Shown here: positions 9,527-20,283 of the stretch, piece by piece
Layout of the letters: the number at the start of each line of letters is the position of its first letter
Position numbering within the stretch: the stretch's first letter is position 1
Source of the DNA: an uncultured delta proteobacterium
Lineage (GTDB): Bacteria; Myxococcota_A; Polyangia; Polyangiales; Polyangiaceae
NCBI GenBank assembly: GCA_963782055.1
Contig: CAWAIF010000003.1
Span: 3,936,001-4,000,000 of the forward strand
DNA length: 64,000 nt
Direction of reading: 5' to 3'
The notes under the pieces: model-generated
Databases searched by the model: none
Told to the model about the DNA's origin: nothing
What the model saw: only the letters and a program-made list of their open reading frames with translations
Position numbers and translations under genes: made by a program

Positions 9527-10558
9527 ATGCGGCTGATGGACCCGCGCGCGCGGCGGCGTTTCAAGAAGAACCGCTCGGCCCTGGTCGGTCTCGGCATCGT
9601 CGCCCTGCTGATGGTCTTCGCGGCCGTGGGTCCCTACTTCGCGCACCACGACCCCTACGTCAGCGACTTCGTCCGCGGGGCGGGCGAGGGCGGCGTGCCG
9701 GTGCCGCCCGGCGCGCGCTTCTGGCTCGGCACCGATCGCCTCTTCCGCGATGTCTTCGTGCGGCTGGCGTACGGCGCGCGGGTGTCGCTCTTCATCGCCA
9801 TCGCGTCCACGGTGATCGCGACGGTGATCGGCTCCGGCCTGGGGGTGATCGCCGGCTTCTACGAGGGGTCGGTCGGGCTGCGAGTGCCGTACGTGACCGT
9901 CGCGGGGGTGCTGCTGGCGGTGGTGCTGCTCATCGGCGGTCACTCGCACGCGGCGGGCGGCGCGCTGGTGCTCGGCGTGGCGCTCGGGGCGGCGGCGCGC
10001 GTGCTGAAGGTGGAGCAGCTCGCGCGCGGGCCGGGGCTCAACGCCGACACCGCGCTCATGCGGGTGGTGGACATCGGCCTGTCGTTCCCCTTCCTCTTGC
10101 TGGTCATGGCGCTCGGCGCCGCGTTCGACAGGACCAGCGCGACGACCATCCTCTGGACGCTCGGGCTCACGAGCTGGCTGACGATGGCGCGGGTGGTGCG
10201 CGCCAAGACGCTGCAGGTGCGGGCGCTCGACTTCGTGACGGCGGCGCGCGCGCTCGGGCAGCGGGTGCCCAGCATCATGGTGCGCCACGTGCTGCCCAAC
10301 GTGGCAGGGCCGATCATCGTGCTGTCCACCGCGCAGGTGGCGCAGATGATCGTGGCCGAGAGCGTCCTGTCGTACCTGGGCGTGGGGATCTCCCCGCCGA
10401 CGCCCACCTGGGGCCACATGCTCTTCGAGGGGCAGGACAACTACATCATGGCCCCGTGGCTGCTGATCGCGCCGTCGATCGCGATCCTGCTGAGCGTCCT
10501 GGGCTTCAACATGGTGGGAGAAGGGCTGCGCGATGCGCTGGACCCGAAGGAGGACTGA
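9527..10558 (+). CDS. Peptide/nickel ABC transporter permease (OppC/DppC-like)
   Basis: WLGTDRLFRDVFVRLAYGARVSL, FVTAARALG, HVLPN, GEGLRDALDP. Confidence 0.92.
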   Translation: MRLMDPRARRRFKKNRSALVGLGIVALLMVFAAVGPYFAHHDPYVSDFVRGAGEGGVPVPPGARFWLGTDRLFRDVFVRLAYGARVSLFIAIASTVIATVIGSGLGVIAGFYEGSVGLRVPYVTVAGVLLAVVLLIGGHSHAAGGALVLGVALGAAARVLKVEQLARGPGLNADTALMRVVDIGLSFPFLLLVMALGAAFDRTSATTILWTLGLTSWLTMARVVRAKTLQVRALDFVTAARALGQRVPSIMVRHVLPNVAGPIIVLSTAQVAQMIVAESVLSYLGVGISPPTPTWGHMLFEGQDNYIMAPWLLIAPSIAILLSVLGFNMVGEGLRDALDPKED

Positions 10559-12293
10559 GCCCCGGGGCGGCGCGACCGTCGTCGCGGTGACGGCGCTGGT
10601 CGCGGTGCTCGCGGGGACGGCATGCAAGGACCCGGTCACGGCGCCCATCGCCGCGGCGCACGGTGACGACCAGACGCCGGTGCGGGGCGGGCACCTGCAG
10701 CTCGCCAGCTTCGCCGACATCAAGACGCTGGACCCGGCGGTCGCGGCGGACACTCTCACGGCGGAGGCGCTGGAGCTCATGTTCGCGGGGCTCGTCGACT
10801 TCGACGCGCAGGGCAACGTGGTGCCCGACCTGGCGGAGCGCTTCGAGCAAAGCGACGACGGCCTGGTCTACCGATTCTTCCTGCGGCAAAGCGCCCTGTT
10901 CCAGGACGGCACGCCCGTCACCGCCGAGGACGTCAAGCAATCCATCGAGCGCGCGCTGCACCCGGACACGCCGAGCTCCTTCGCCAGCTTCTACGACCAC
11001 ATCGCCGGCTACGACGACTACACCGCGCGCAAGACGCCGCACCTCTCCGGCGTGGTGGTGGAGGGCGAGCGCGTGGTGGCCATCCACCTGCGCGAGCCGG
11101 ACGCGACCTTCCTCGCGGCCTTCGCCATGATGGCGCTGCGGCCGGTCTGCAAGTCGGCGGGGAGCACCTACTCCGACACGTGGAAGCCGTGCGGGGCGGG
11201 GCCGTTCAAGCTGCTGCCGGGCGGGTGGGACCGCGGGCGCAGCCTCACCCTGGTGCGCCACGAGGGCTACTTCCGGCCGGGGATGCCGCACTTCGACGCG
11301 ATCACCTGGTCGTACGGGATGAACGTGGTCACCCAGCGCTTCAAGCTGGAGGCGGGCGATCTGGACATGACCCACGAGCTCGGGCTGGGCGACACGCTGC
11401 GCTTCCAGCACGACCCGCGGTGGAAGGGCCTGGGCGCCTACGACGCCGCGCCGTCCATCCAGGGCGAGGGCATGAACGTGGAGATGCCGCCCTTCGACAA
11501 CGTGGAGGTGCGGCGGGCGGTGGCGGCGGCGATCGACCGCCGCGAGATGGCGCTGCTGCGCACGCCCAACCTGACGGCGCTGCACCGCGTGCTGCCGAGC
11601 ACCTTCGTGGGCGATGCCCCCTTCCCCGCTGCGAAGTACCAGAGCTACGACCTCGCCGCGGCGCTCGAGCACATGAAGCGCGCGGGCTACCCCTACGACC
11701 CGAAGACGGGCAAGGGCGGCTACCCCAGGACGATCACCTACGTCGTCTACAAGCAGGGCCTCTTCGAGGCGACGGGGCAGATCCTGCAGCAACAGCTCGC
11801 GCGGATCGGCATCCACATCGAGCTCAAGATCGTCAGCTACCCGACGTACCTGAGCCTCACCAAGCGCCGCCACACCGTGGCCATGGCGCCGCAGGCGTGG
11901 CTGCAGGACTTCCCCGACGAGAGCGACTTCTTCGAGCCGCTCTTCGCCAGCTCGGCCATCAACGACGAGGACTCCAACAACGGCGCCTTCTACTCCAACC
12001 CGAAGCTGGACGCGCTCCTGAAGACCGCGCGCAGGGAGCTCGACCCGGCCACGCGCAAGAAGATGTACGACCAGGCGGACGCCATCGTCTGCGAGGACGC
12101 GCCGTGGGCGATGACCCTCACCTACCGGTCCTTCGGCGTGCACCAGCCCTACGTGAAGGGGCTCGTCTCCCACGCGGTGTGGCCGGACTTCGTGCGCGAG
12201 GCCTGGCTCGACAAGGCGGCGAAGGCGGTGACGGCGCGCGCGGGCGTGCTGGACGGCCTGGGCGTGCGCCTCGCCTACGGGGCCCGCCGATGA
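10533..12293 (+). CDS. Peptide ABC transporter substrate-binding lipoprotein (family 5); start uncertain
   Basis: Lipobox-like LAGTAC, TLDPA, VPDLAER, FQDGTPVTAEDV, GAGPFKL, PFDNVEVRRAVAAAIDR. Confidence 0.9.
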   Translation: MRWTRRRTEPRGGATVVAVTALVAVLAGTACKDPVTAPIAAAHGDDQTPVRGGHLQLASFADIKTLDPAVAADTLTAEALELMFAGLVDFDAQGNVVPDLAERFEQSDDGLVYRFFLRQSALFQDGTPVTAEDVKQSIERALHPDTPSSFASFYDHIAGYDDYTARKTPHLSGVVVEGERVVAIHLREPDATFLAAFAMMALRPVCKSAGSTYSDTWKPCGAGPFKLLPGGWDRGRSLTLVRHEGYFRPGMPHFDAITWSYGMNVVTQRFKLEAGDLDMTHELGLGDTLRFQHDPRWKGLGAYDAAPSIQGEGMNVEMPPFDNVEVRRAVAAAIDRREMALLRTPNLTALHRVLPSTFVGDAPFPAAKYQSYDLAAALEHMKRAGYPYDPKTGKGGYPRTITYVVYKQGLFEATGQILQQQLARIGIHIELKIVSYPTYLSLTKRRHTVAMAPQAWLQDFPDESDFFEPLFASSAINDEDSNNGAFYSNPKLDALLKTARRELDPATRKKMYDQADAIVCEDAPWAMTLTYRSFGVHQPYVKGLVSHAVWPDFVREAWLDKAAKAVTARAGVLDGLGVRLAYGARR

Positions 12294-13300
12294 TGCGCCG
12301 GGTGATGCAGCGGATCGCCTGGGCGGTCTTCGTCGTGTGGGCGACGACCACCCTCACCTTCTTCATCAACAACGTGCTGCCGAGCGATCCAGCGCGCATG
12401 GTGGCCGGCCCGCAGGCGCGGCCGCAGGAGGTGGAGAAGATCCGCGTGCAGCTCGGCCTGGACAAGCCGGTGCTGGTTCAATACGGGCTCTTCATGCGTC
12501 GGCTCGTGCACTTCGGGCCGATGGACACGAGCAAGTCGCCCGAGCACGCGACGTGCGTGGCCATCGGGCCGCTGCACATCGACCTGGGCAAGAGCTACCT
12601 GCAGCGGCGGCCGGTGGCGACGATCCTCGCCGAGAGGGCGCCCCGCACGGTCATGCTCGCCCTCGCGGCGATCGTCGTGGAGCTGCTCATCGGGATCGCG
12701 ACAGGGATGCTCGCCGCGGCGAAGCGCAACACGCTGCTCGACCACCTGGCGGTCGGCGGCAGCCTCCTGGGCATCTCGGCGCCGACCTTCATCCTGGGTC
12801 TGGCGCTGCAGTTCGTGCTGGCGCACAAGCTCCGCCTGCTGCCGCTGGACGGCTACGGGCGGGACGCGCCGGAGCACGCCGTGTCGCTGATCCTGCCCGC
12901 GCTCACCCTCGGCATCTACGGGGCCGCGTACTACACGCGCCTGGTGCGCGACGAGCTCATCGGCGCGATCAAGCAGGACCACGTGCGCACCGCGCGCGCC
13001 AAGGGGCTGAGCGCGTGGCGCATCTGGACACGGCACGCGCTGCGCAACGCGCTCCTGCCGCTCGCCACCGTCGTCGGGCTGGACCTGGGATCGCTCGTCG
13101 GCGGCGCCATCGTCACCGAGACGCTCTTCCGGTGGCCCGGGCTGGGCGCGCTCTCGGTGAACGCGCTCCTGGACCGCGACGGCCCGGTGATCCTGGGGAC
13201 GGTGCTCCTCGCGTCGACGGCGATCGTGATGTCCAACCTGCTGGTGGACCTCTCCTACGCGGTGCTCGACCCGCGCGTGCGCCACCAGTCGGCGAAGTAG
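12290..13300 (+). CDS. Peptide ABC transporter permease (OppB/DppB-like)
   Basis: Starts at ATG 12290, overlapping the SBP stop. LGLDKP, DLGKSY, HVRTARAKGL, HALRNALLP, ETLFRWPGLG, DLSYAVLDPRV. Confidence 0.92.
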   Translation: MMRRVMQRIAWAVFVVWATTTLTFFINNVLPSDPARMVAGPQARPQEVEKIRVQLGLDKPVLVQYGLFMRRLVHFGPMDTSKSPEHATCVAIGPLHIDLGKSYLQRRPVATILAERAPRTVMLALAAIVVELLIGIATGMLAAAKRNTLLDHLAVGGSLLGISAPTFILGLALQFVLAHKLRLLPLDGYGRDAPEHAVSLILPALTLGIYGAAYYTRLVRDELIGAIKQDHVRTARAKGLSAWRIWTRHALRNALLPLATVVGLDLGSLVGGAIVTETLFRWPGLGALSVNALLDRDGPVILGTVLLASTAIVMSNLLVDLSYAVLDPRVRHQSAK

Positions 13301-13304
13301 CCTG

Positions 13305-15641
13305 CTACTGGGTGATGAGCGCCTTGCACTCGGAGACGCGCGGGCCCTGGGCCTTCGCGGCGCAGCTCTTGAAGGCGGACTGGGCGGCGCCCTTCGCGCC
13401 CATCATCTCGTAGGCGCCGCCGAGCATCAGCCAGGCCTCGGCGTTGGTGGGGTCCTTCTGCGCGGCCTGCCGGGCGAGCGACGCCGCGAGGGCCGACTGG
13501 CCCTTGTCGAGGGCGTGCTGGGCGCGCTGAAGGAGGGTGCCGCCGGACGGGGCGGCGGTGGCGGTGGCGGTGGCGGTCGCCGTCTCGGTGGGCGCGGCGG
13601 TGGCGGTCGCCGTCCCGGTCGGGGCCGCCGTGGCGGTCTCGGTGGGCGCGGCGGTGGCGGTCGTCGTCGGGGCGGTGGCCGCGGCCTCCGCGTCGGCGGT
13701 CTCCGCGGCGGCGTCGGTATCGGCGGCGACGGTGTCGGTGGGGACGGGCGCGGTGACCGAGGTGGGCGGCGGGGGGATCGCCGGCTCGTGCGTGTCGGTG
13801 GGGATGGCGCTCGCGCTCGGCGCCGGCGGTGTGGGCGACCTGTCACGCCACTTCACGATGGTGATGCCGATCCCGGCGACGACGACGAAGGCGACGATCG
13901 CTGCGATGGCCTTGCCGAAGGACGAGGTGGGGATGGCGGCGGCGAGCTCCGCTTCATCGTGCGCCGGCGTCGCCTCGACGCGACGGGGCACGGTGGCGAC
14001 ACCCGGCGCGACCGGAACGGCGGGAGCGACGTCCTCTTCCTCCTCGTCGTCCTCTTCCTCCTCGTCGTCCTCTCCCTCCTCGTCGTCCTCTTCCTCCTCG
14101 TCGTCCTCTTCCTCCTCGTCGTCCTCTTCCTCCTCGTCGTCCTCTTCCTCCTCGTCGTCCTCTTCCTCCTCGTCGTCCTCTCCCTCCTCGTCGTCCTCTT
14201 CCTCAGCGGCCGCGCGTCCGCTCTCCACCAGCGTCGGCTCCGCCGGAACCGCGGCCTGCTTCGGCTGCTGCTCCTCCTCTTCCTCTTCACCTTCCTCCGC
14301 CGCCTTCTCGCTCTCCTCCGACTTCTTGGCGGGCGGCGGCGACGACGGCTCGCGCACGGTGTCCGGCGCCATGGGGAAGGCGCGCAGCGTGGTGGACCAC
14401 TTGCGCGGGGTGCCGGCCACCTTCACCTCCGGGATGGCGGCAGGCTTCGCGGCGGGCTCAGCCGGCTTCGCCTCAGGCTCCTTTGCCTCGGGCGCGGCCG
14501 CGGGCTCCGGCTCCTTCGGCTTGGCCGCGGCCGGTGCGGGCGGCGGCGTCGCGATCGCCACGGCGGGTGGCGGGGCGCTCGTCTCGGCACCGGGGACGAT
14601 CAGCATCTCGTCGCCGGGCGGCGGCTTGATGCTCTCCTTGCCGCCCTCGCCCGGGACCACCTCGTCGTGCGACTCCTCGGTGATGGTGACCGTCGTCTTG
14701 GGGACGAGCAGCTCCTCGAAGTACAGCTTGGTGATGGTGGAGAGGGTCGAGAGGTCCTCGAAGGGAGACTGGTCGACCACCTGCATCAGCGTGCGCTTGC
14801 CGTCGAAGAGCTTGAGGATGCCGTTGAGCTCGTCGGGGATCTCGTTCAGCCGCTCCAGGAGCTGCTGGTGGTCTATCTCGAAGATGGTCGACAGCGGGGG
14901 GAGCTGCTCGAGCAGGCGGCCCCACTCGTCCACCCGCCGCATGCCCTCCATCAGGATGCCCTGCGTGGAGGTGCCGATGATGTCCTCGTTCTTGACCGGG
15001 CAGAAGACGACCTCGAACTCCGCCTCGTTCCAGATGAGGGTGCGGTAGATCGCCTCCTCCCCGCGCAGGGGGCCGAGCTCGGCGTCGACCACCTTGCCGT
15101 CGCGGAAGTAGACGTGCGCCTCCTGGGTGCCGCTCTTGAGCGTGATGATGCCGCTCTTGCGGGAGACCTCGAAGGTCTGGAGCAGGTCCACCACCGCCAT
15201 GTCCTGGATGGACCCGGTGAAGCGGGTGCGCCCGGTCATGGTCCGGGTGGTGGCGATGGACTCCTGCGTACGCCGGGCCAGCAGCAGGTTCACCCGGGCG
15301 AGCAGCTCGCGGACGAAGATGGGCTTGGTGAGGTAATCCTCCACCCCCAGCTCCAGGCCGCGGATCTTGTCCTCGATGGATTTCTGGCTGGTCAGGAAGA
15401 CGACGGGGATGCCCGCCCACTCCGGACGCTCCTTGAGCCGGCGGACCAGCGCGTAGCCGTCCAGCTTGGGGAGGCGGGTGTCGGACAGGACGAGGTCCGG
15501 CGTGGAGAGCTCCAGCTTGGAGAGCGCGTCGAGGCCGTCGGTCGCGGTGGTGACCGAATACCCGGCTTTCTTCAGGCTGACTTCGAGGACCCGCACACTG
15601 CGGGGGTCCGCGTCGACCAGCAACAGTTGCTGCTTTGCCAC
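13305..15641 (-). CDS. Membrane-anchored response regulator: REC - DUF4388/PatA_N-like - acidic repeat - TM - Pro/Thr linker - TPR
   Basis: REC motifs LLVDAD, LVLSD, FLT, KP. DUF4388-like [15 protein letters not shown]...SGIITL...[32 protein letters not shown]-terminal TPR ([12 protein letters not shown]). Likely start GTG 15641. Confidence 0.82.
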   Translation of the reverse strand: MAKQQLLLVDADPRSVRVLEVSLKKAGYSVTTATDGLDALSKLELSTPDLVLSDTRLPKLDGYALVRRLKERPEWAGIPVVFLTSQKSIEDKIRGLELGVEDYLTKPIFVRELLARVNLLLARRTQESIATTRTMTGRTRFTGSIQDMAVVDLLQTFEVSRKSGIITLKSGTQEAHVYFRDGKVVDAELGPLRGEEAIYRTLIWNEAEFEVVFCPVKNEDIIGTSTQGILMEGMRRVDEWGRLLEQLPPLSTIFEIDHQQLLERLNEIPDELNGILKLFDGKRTLMQVVDQSPFEDLSTLSTITKLYFEELLVPKTTVTITEESHDEVVPGEGGKESIKPPPGDEMLIVPGAETSAPPPAVAIATPPPAPAAAKPKEPEPAAAPEAKEPEAKPAEPAAKPAAIPEVKVAGTPRKWSTTLRAFPMAPDTVREPSSPPPAKKSEESEKAAEEGEEEEEEQQPKQAAVPAEPTLVESGRAAAEEEDDEEGEDDEEEEDDEEEEDDEEEEDDEEEEDDEEEEDDEEGEDDEEEEDDEEEEDVAPAVPVAPGVATVPRRVEATPAHDEAELAAAIPTSSFGKAIAAIVAFVVVAGIGITIVKWRDRSPTPPAPSASAIPTDTHEPAIPPPPTSVTAPVPTDTVAADTDAAAETADAEAAATAPTTTATAAPTETATAAPTGTATATAAPTETATATATATAAPSGGTLLQRAQHALDKGQSALAASLARQAAQKDPTNAEAWLMLGGAYEMMGAKGAAQSAFKSCAAKAQGPRVSECKALITQ
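14032..14204. repeat. 18-bp tandem repeat (TCCTCTTCCTCCTCGTCG), about 9-10 copies, encoding (EEEEDD)n
   Basis: Seen directly. Two copies carry the variant encoding EEGEDD. Confidence 0.95.
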
Positions 15642-15920
15642 TCGCTCTCCTTCGACGCCGCGGGGAGAGGATGGTCGGGCGGTCGGGAGGGTGTCAAGCT
15701 GCTTTGGATTTTTACTGCGTGTCGCGCGGCGGATGCTCTTGCCCGCGGCGAGCCGCGGCTCCACCGGCAGGTCCCGCGCCACGTCGGCGAAGGCGCCCTT
15801 TTGCCAGCGCCCGACGTTCCCCTGGCCCGGGAGCTCGCCACCGCCTGGCCCGGCTGGAGGACGTGCAGGTCCCTGGCCTTCCCGCCCCTTCGGGGACCTC
15901 GAGGAGGGTGCTCGCGCCGC

Positions 15921-17468
<1,548 letters not shown>

Positions 17469-17515
17469 GATCAGGTGGCGGAGGTCGAGGGTGTCGCTTC
17501 CCACCACCGGCCCCG

Positions 17516-17746
17516 TCACTCTTCGTCGCCGGCGGCGTCCTGCGCGGCGGCGGCGTCGCCCCCGGCCTCGTCCCCGGCGTCGGGCAGCACGCAGACGCCG
17601 CTCGGGCACACCAGGCCGGCGGCGCAGTCCTTGGCGCGCGTGCAGGGCGCGTTCAGTCCCTTCGAGGAGGAGTCGACGGACCCGCACGACGGATCGTGGG
17701 CGGCAATCCCGAGCAGGACGCCAGCGATCGCGGCGTGCCGTATCAC
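17516..17746 (-). CDS. Small secreted Cys-rich protein
   Basis: Hydrophobic N-terminus, CTRAKDCAAGLVCPSGVC, DAG-rich tail typical of myxobacterial exported proteins. Confidence 0.6.
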   Translation of the reverse strand: MIRHAAIAGVLLGIAAHDPSCGSVDSSSKGLNAPCTRAKDCAAGLVCPSGVCVLPDAGDEAGGDAAAAQDAAGDEE

Positions 17747-17767
17747 GGCTTCAGTCTATCACCACCT

Positions 17768-18976
17768 TCAGCCGGCGGCGGCGCCTGCGGCGGTGCCGCA
17801 GTTGGGGCAGAACTTGGCTGCAGCCCCCACCTCGCCCCCGCAGGAGGTACAGAACTTCTTCACCGCGGCGAGGGGGGTGCCGCACTCGCTGCAGAACTTC
17901 CCCATGGGCTGCGCGGTGCCGCACTTGCCGCAGGTGGTGGTCCCGCCGCCGCCCCCGATGGGGAACTGGGGAGCCTGCTGCGGCTGCGCCGGCCGCGCGA
18001 GCTGGTTGGCCATGTTCGCGCCGACCGCCATCTGCACGCCCAGGCCGGCGATGCTGCCGCCGTCGCCCACGCCGTGCTCGGCCATGCCCTGCCCCGCGCC
18101 GATGACGGCCTGGCCCGCCGCGTAGTTCTGGTAGTTGCCGGCGAGGTTCTGCACGTAGCGGGAGTCCTGCTGGTACTTCTGGTCCAGCTCGAACTGCTTG
18201 GCCTGGGCCTCCGCCTGGGCGCCGGCCACGCCGATCTGCTTGACCTTCACCGCGCGCTGGGCGCGGGCGATCTCGGCGTTCGCCTCCTTCAGGCGCTCGC
18301 GGTCCTCGTCGGAGAAGTTGATCTGGTAGTCCCCCATCTGGAGGATCTTCACGCCGATGTCGGCGAGGTCCGGGCAGTGGGAGACGAACTGCTGGGCCAG
18401 CTTCTGCCGCAGGCTCATCGCCTGGAGCACGCTCTTGCCCTCGACCTCGCACAGCTCGCCCAGGGTGGTGCGTACGCCGTTGAGGAAGACGCCCTTCACC
18501 CAGCTCAGCACCGCGTCGTTATCGCGCGCGGCGGCCTGCCCGGAGTAGCCCACGATGAAGCGCACCGGATCGGTCACCACGACCGAGACCTCACCGAAGA
18601 TGCGCGGCGCGACCTGCTCGCCCGTGAGCGGGTCGAGCATGTCGCCCACGGGGCCGCCGAAGGGCACGCCGAAGATGGGCGAGATCTTCACGAAGAAGAT
18701 CTCGCTGATGAACACCTGGCCCCCCGTGTAGTTGTTCACGATGGAGTTGAGGAAGGGGATGTTCTGCGTGCTGAGCGTGTGGCGCCCGGCGGGGAGCACG
18801 CCGACGACACGGCCGTCCTTGAAGAAGACGGCGCACTCGTCGCTGTCGACGGTCAGCTGGGACCAGAAGGGGAAGTTCTGGTCGGGGTGCTTGTAGACGA
18901 TGAGGTTCTTCAGATGATCCGGGCGAGCGATCATCATCTCCTGCACGCCTTGCTTCACGAAGTCGAACACACCCAT
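17768..18976 (-). CDS. SPFH (Band-7-like) domain protein with C-terminal double zinc ribbon
   Basis: MGVFDFVKQ...SQLTVDSDECAVFFKDGR...GRHTLST. C-terminal CGKC/FCSECG/FCTSCG/FCPNCG. GGAGG RBS before ATG 18976. Confidence 0.85.
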   Translation of the reverse strand: MGVFDFVKQGVQEMMIARPDHLKNLIVYKHPDQNFPFWSQLTVDSDECAVFFKDGRVVGVLPAGRHTLSTQNIPFLNSIVNNYTGGQVFISEIFFVKISPIFGVPFGGPVGDMLDPLTGEQVAPRIFGEVSVVVTDPVRFIVGYSGQAAARDNDAVLSWVKGVFLNGVRTTLGELCEVEGKSVLQAMSLRQKLAQQFVSHCPDLADIGVKILQMGDYQINFSDEDRERLKEANAEIARAQRAVKVKQIGVAGAQAEAQAKQFELDQKYQQDSRYVQNLAGNYQNYAAGQAVIGAGQGMAEHGVGDGGSIAGLGVQMAVGANMANQLARPAQPQQAPQFPIGGGGGTTTCGKCGTAQPMGKFCSECGTPLAAVKKFCTSCGGEVGAAAKFCPNCGTAAGAAAG

Positions 18977-19093
18977 CGTTTCCTCCGAAGGCAGCCAGTG
19001 GTCGCGAGAGACCCAAGATAGAGCGAGCGGCGCGGGTTCGCCAGCGCGGAAAACCGCGGTGCCTTCGGCGCCGCCTGCGCTACCCTGAATCCC

Positions 19094-20218
19094 ATGCAGC
19101 CGCCCGTGGACGTGACCGCTCTGCCCGCACCGGCGCAGCGCCTGCTCGACCCCAAGTCGCCCGCTCCCCTGCGGCAAATGGCGGCGAAGGGCATCGCGCC
19201 GGGCCTCAAGCCCCACGAGGCGGTCACGGTGGTGGCGATCCTCGCCGAGGCCGACGATCCCATCGCGGAGGCCGCCCGGGCGACGCTCGCGGCCCTCCCG
19301 GGGCCCGTCATCGCCGGCGCGCTGGGCCCCGAGCTGCCGCCCGGCGTGCTCGCGGCGATGGCGCCGCACTACGCCAAGAACGCCGGCGTGATGGAGAAGC
19401 TCCTCCAGCTGCCGCAGCTCCTCCCGGACACGGTCGCGGACATCGCCGCGGTGTGCAACGAGCAGGTCGCCGAGCTCGTGGCGACCAACGAGGAGAAGCT
19501 GCTCAAGCACCCGAGCATCATCGAGAAGCTCTACATGAACAAGGCGACGCGCATGTCGACCTCCGACCGCATCCTGGAGCTCGCGGTGCGCAACGACCTG
19601 AAGCTGGAGGGCATCCCGGCGTTCGACGAGGCAGCGGCGGAGATCCGCGGGCAGCTCATCCCCGAACCCTCCGAGGAGCCGACCTACGACGACGTGCTCT
19701 TCAACGAGACGGAGAAGATCGCGCAGGAGATCCCGCTCGACCCGACGAAGGAGAGTACGCACCGCATCGACGAGGAGACGGGCGAAGAGGTGATCGAGCC
19801 CAAGTTCCAGAGCGTCGAGACGAAGCTCAAGGACATGACGATGACGCAGAAGATCCGCCGCGCCATGCTGGGCACGCCGTCGGAGCGCGCGATCCTCGTC
19901 CGCGACACCAACCGCAACGTGGCGCGCGCCGCCATCAAGAGCCCCCTCATCCAGGAGAACGAGGTGGTGCGCATCGCGGCCAGTCGCAACGTCTCCGACG
20001 AGGTGCTCGGCTTCATCGCCCGGAGCCGCGACTGGACGCGCAGCTACCAGGTCAAGATCAACCTGGTGCAGAACCCGAGGACGCCCTTCGGCTTCGTGAC
20101 CAAGCTCATCCCTCACCTCTTCGAGCACGACCTCAAGGCGCTGGCGAAGAGCAAGAACGTCACCGGATCGGTGTCCCAGGCGGCGCGGCAGCAGCTCCAC
20201 CGCAAGGGCAAGATGTGA
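19094..20218 (+). CDS. Hypothetical alpha-helical repeat protein
   Basis: Strong GC3 coding bias. C-terminal LVRDTNRNVARAAIKSP...LVQNPRTP resembles leucine-rich-variant helical repeats. Confidence 0.75.
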   Translation: MQPPVDVTALPAPAQRLLDPKSPAPLRQMAAKGIAPGLKPHEAVTVVAILAEADDPIAEAARATLAALPGPVIAGALGPELPPGVLAAMAPHYAKNAGVMEKLLQLPQLLPDTVADIAAVCNEQVAELVATNEEKLLKHPSIIEKLYMNKATRMSTSDRILELAVRNDLKLEGIPAFDEAAAEIRGQLIPEPSEEPTYDDVLFNETEKIAQEIPLDPTKESTHRIDEETGEEVIEPKFQSVETKLKDMTMTQKIRRAMLGTPSERAILVRDTNRNVARAAIKSPLIQENEVVRIAASRNVSDEVLGFIARSRDWTRSYQVKINLVQNPRTPFGFVTKLIPHLFEHDLKALAKSKNVTGSVSQAARQQLHRKGKM

Positions 20219-20283
20219 GCCGCAGCCCGCGGGGGAAATGACACGACGGGCCGCCGTGTTATATAGGCCCTGCTTTCGCGAGG

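Noticed and set aside
14032..14204. Possible CRISPR array
   Set aside because: Contiguous 18-bp coding repeats with no spacers and no cas genes.
17768..20200. 810-aa ORF as a single protein
   Set aside because: The N-terminal half is the antisense shadow of 19094..20218. The real SPFH gene starts at 18976 with an RBS.
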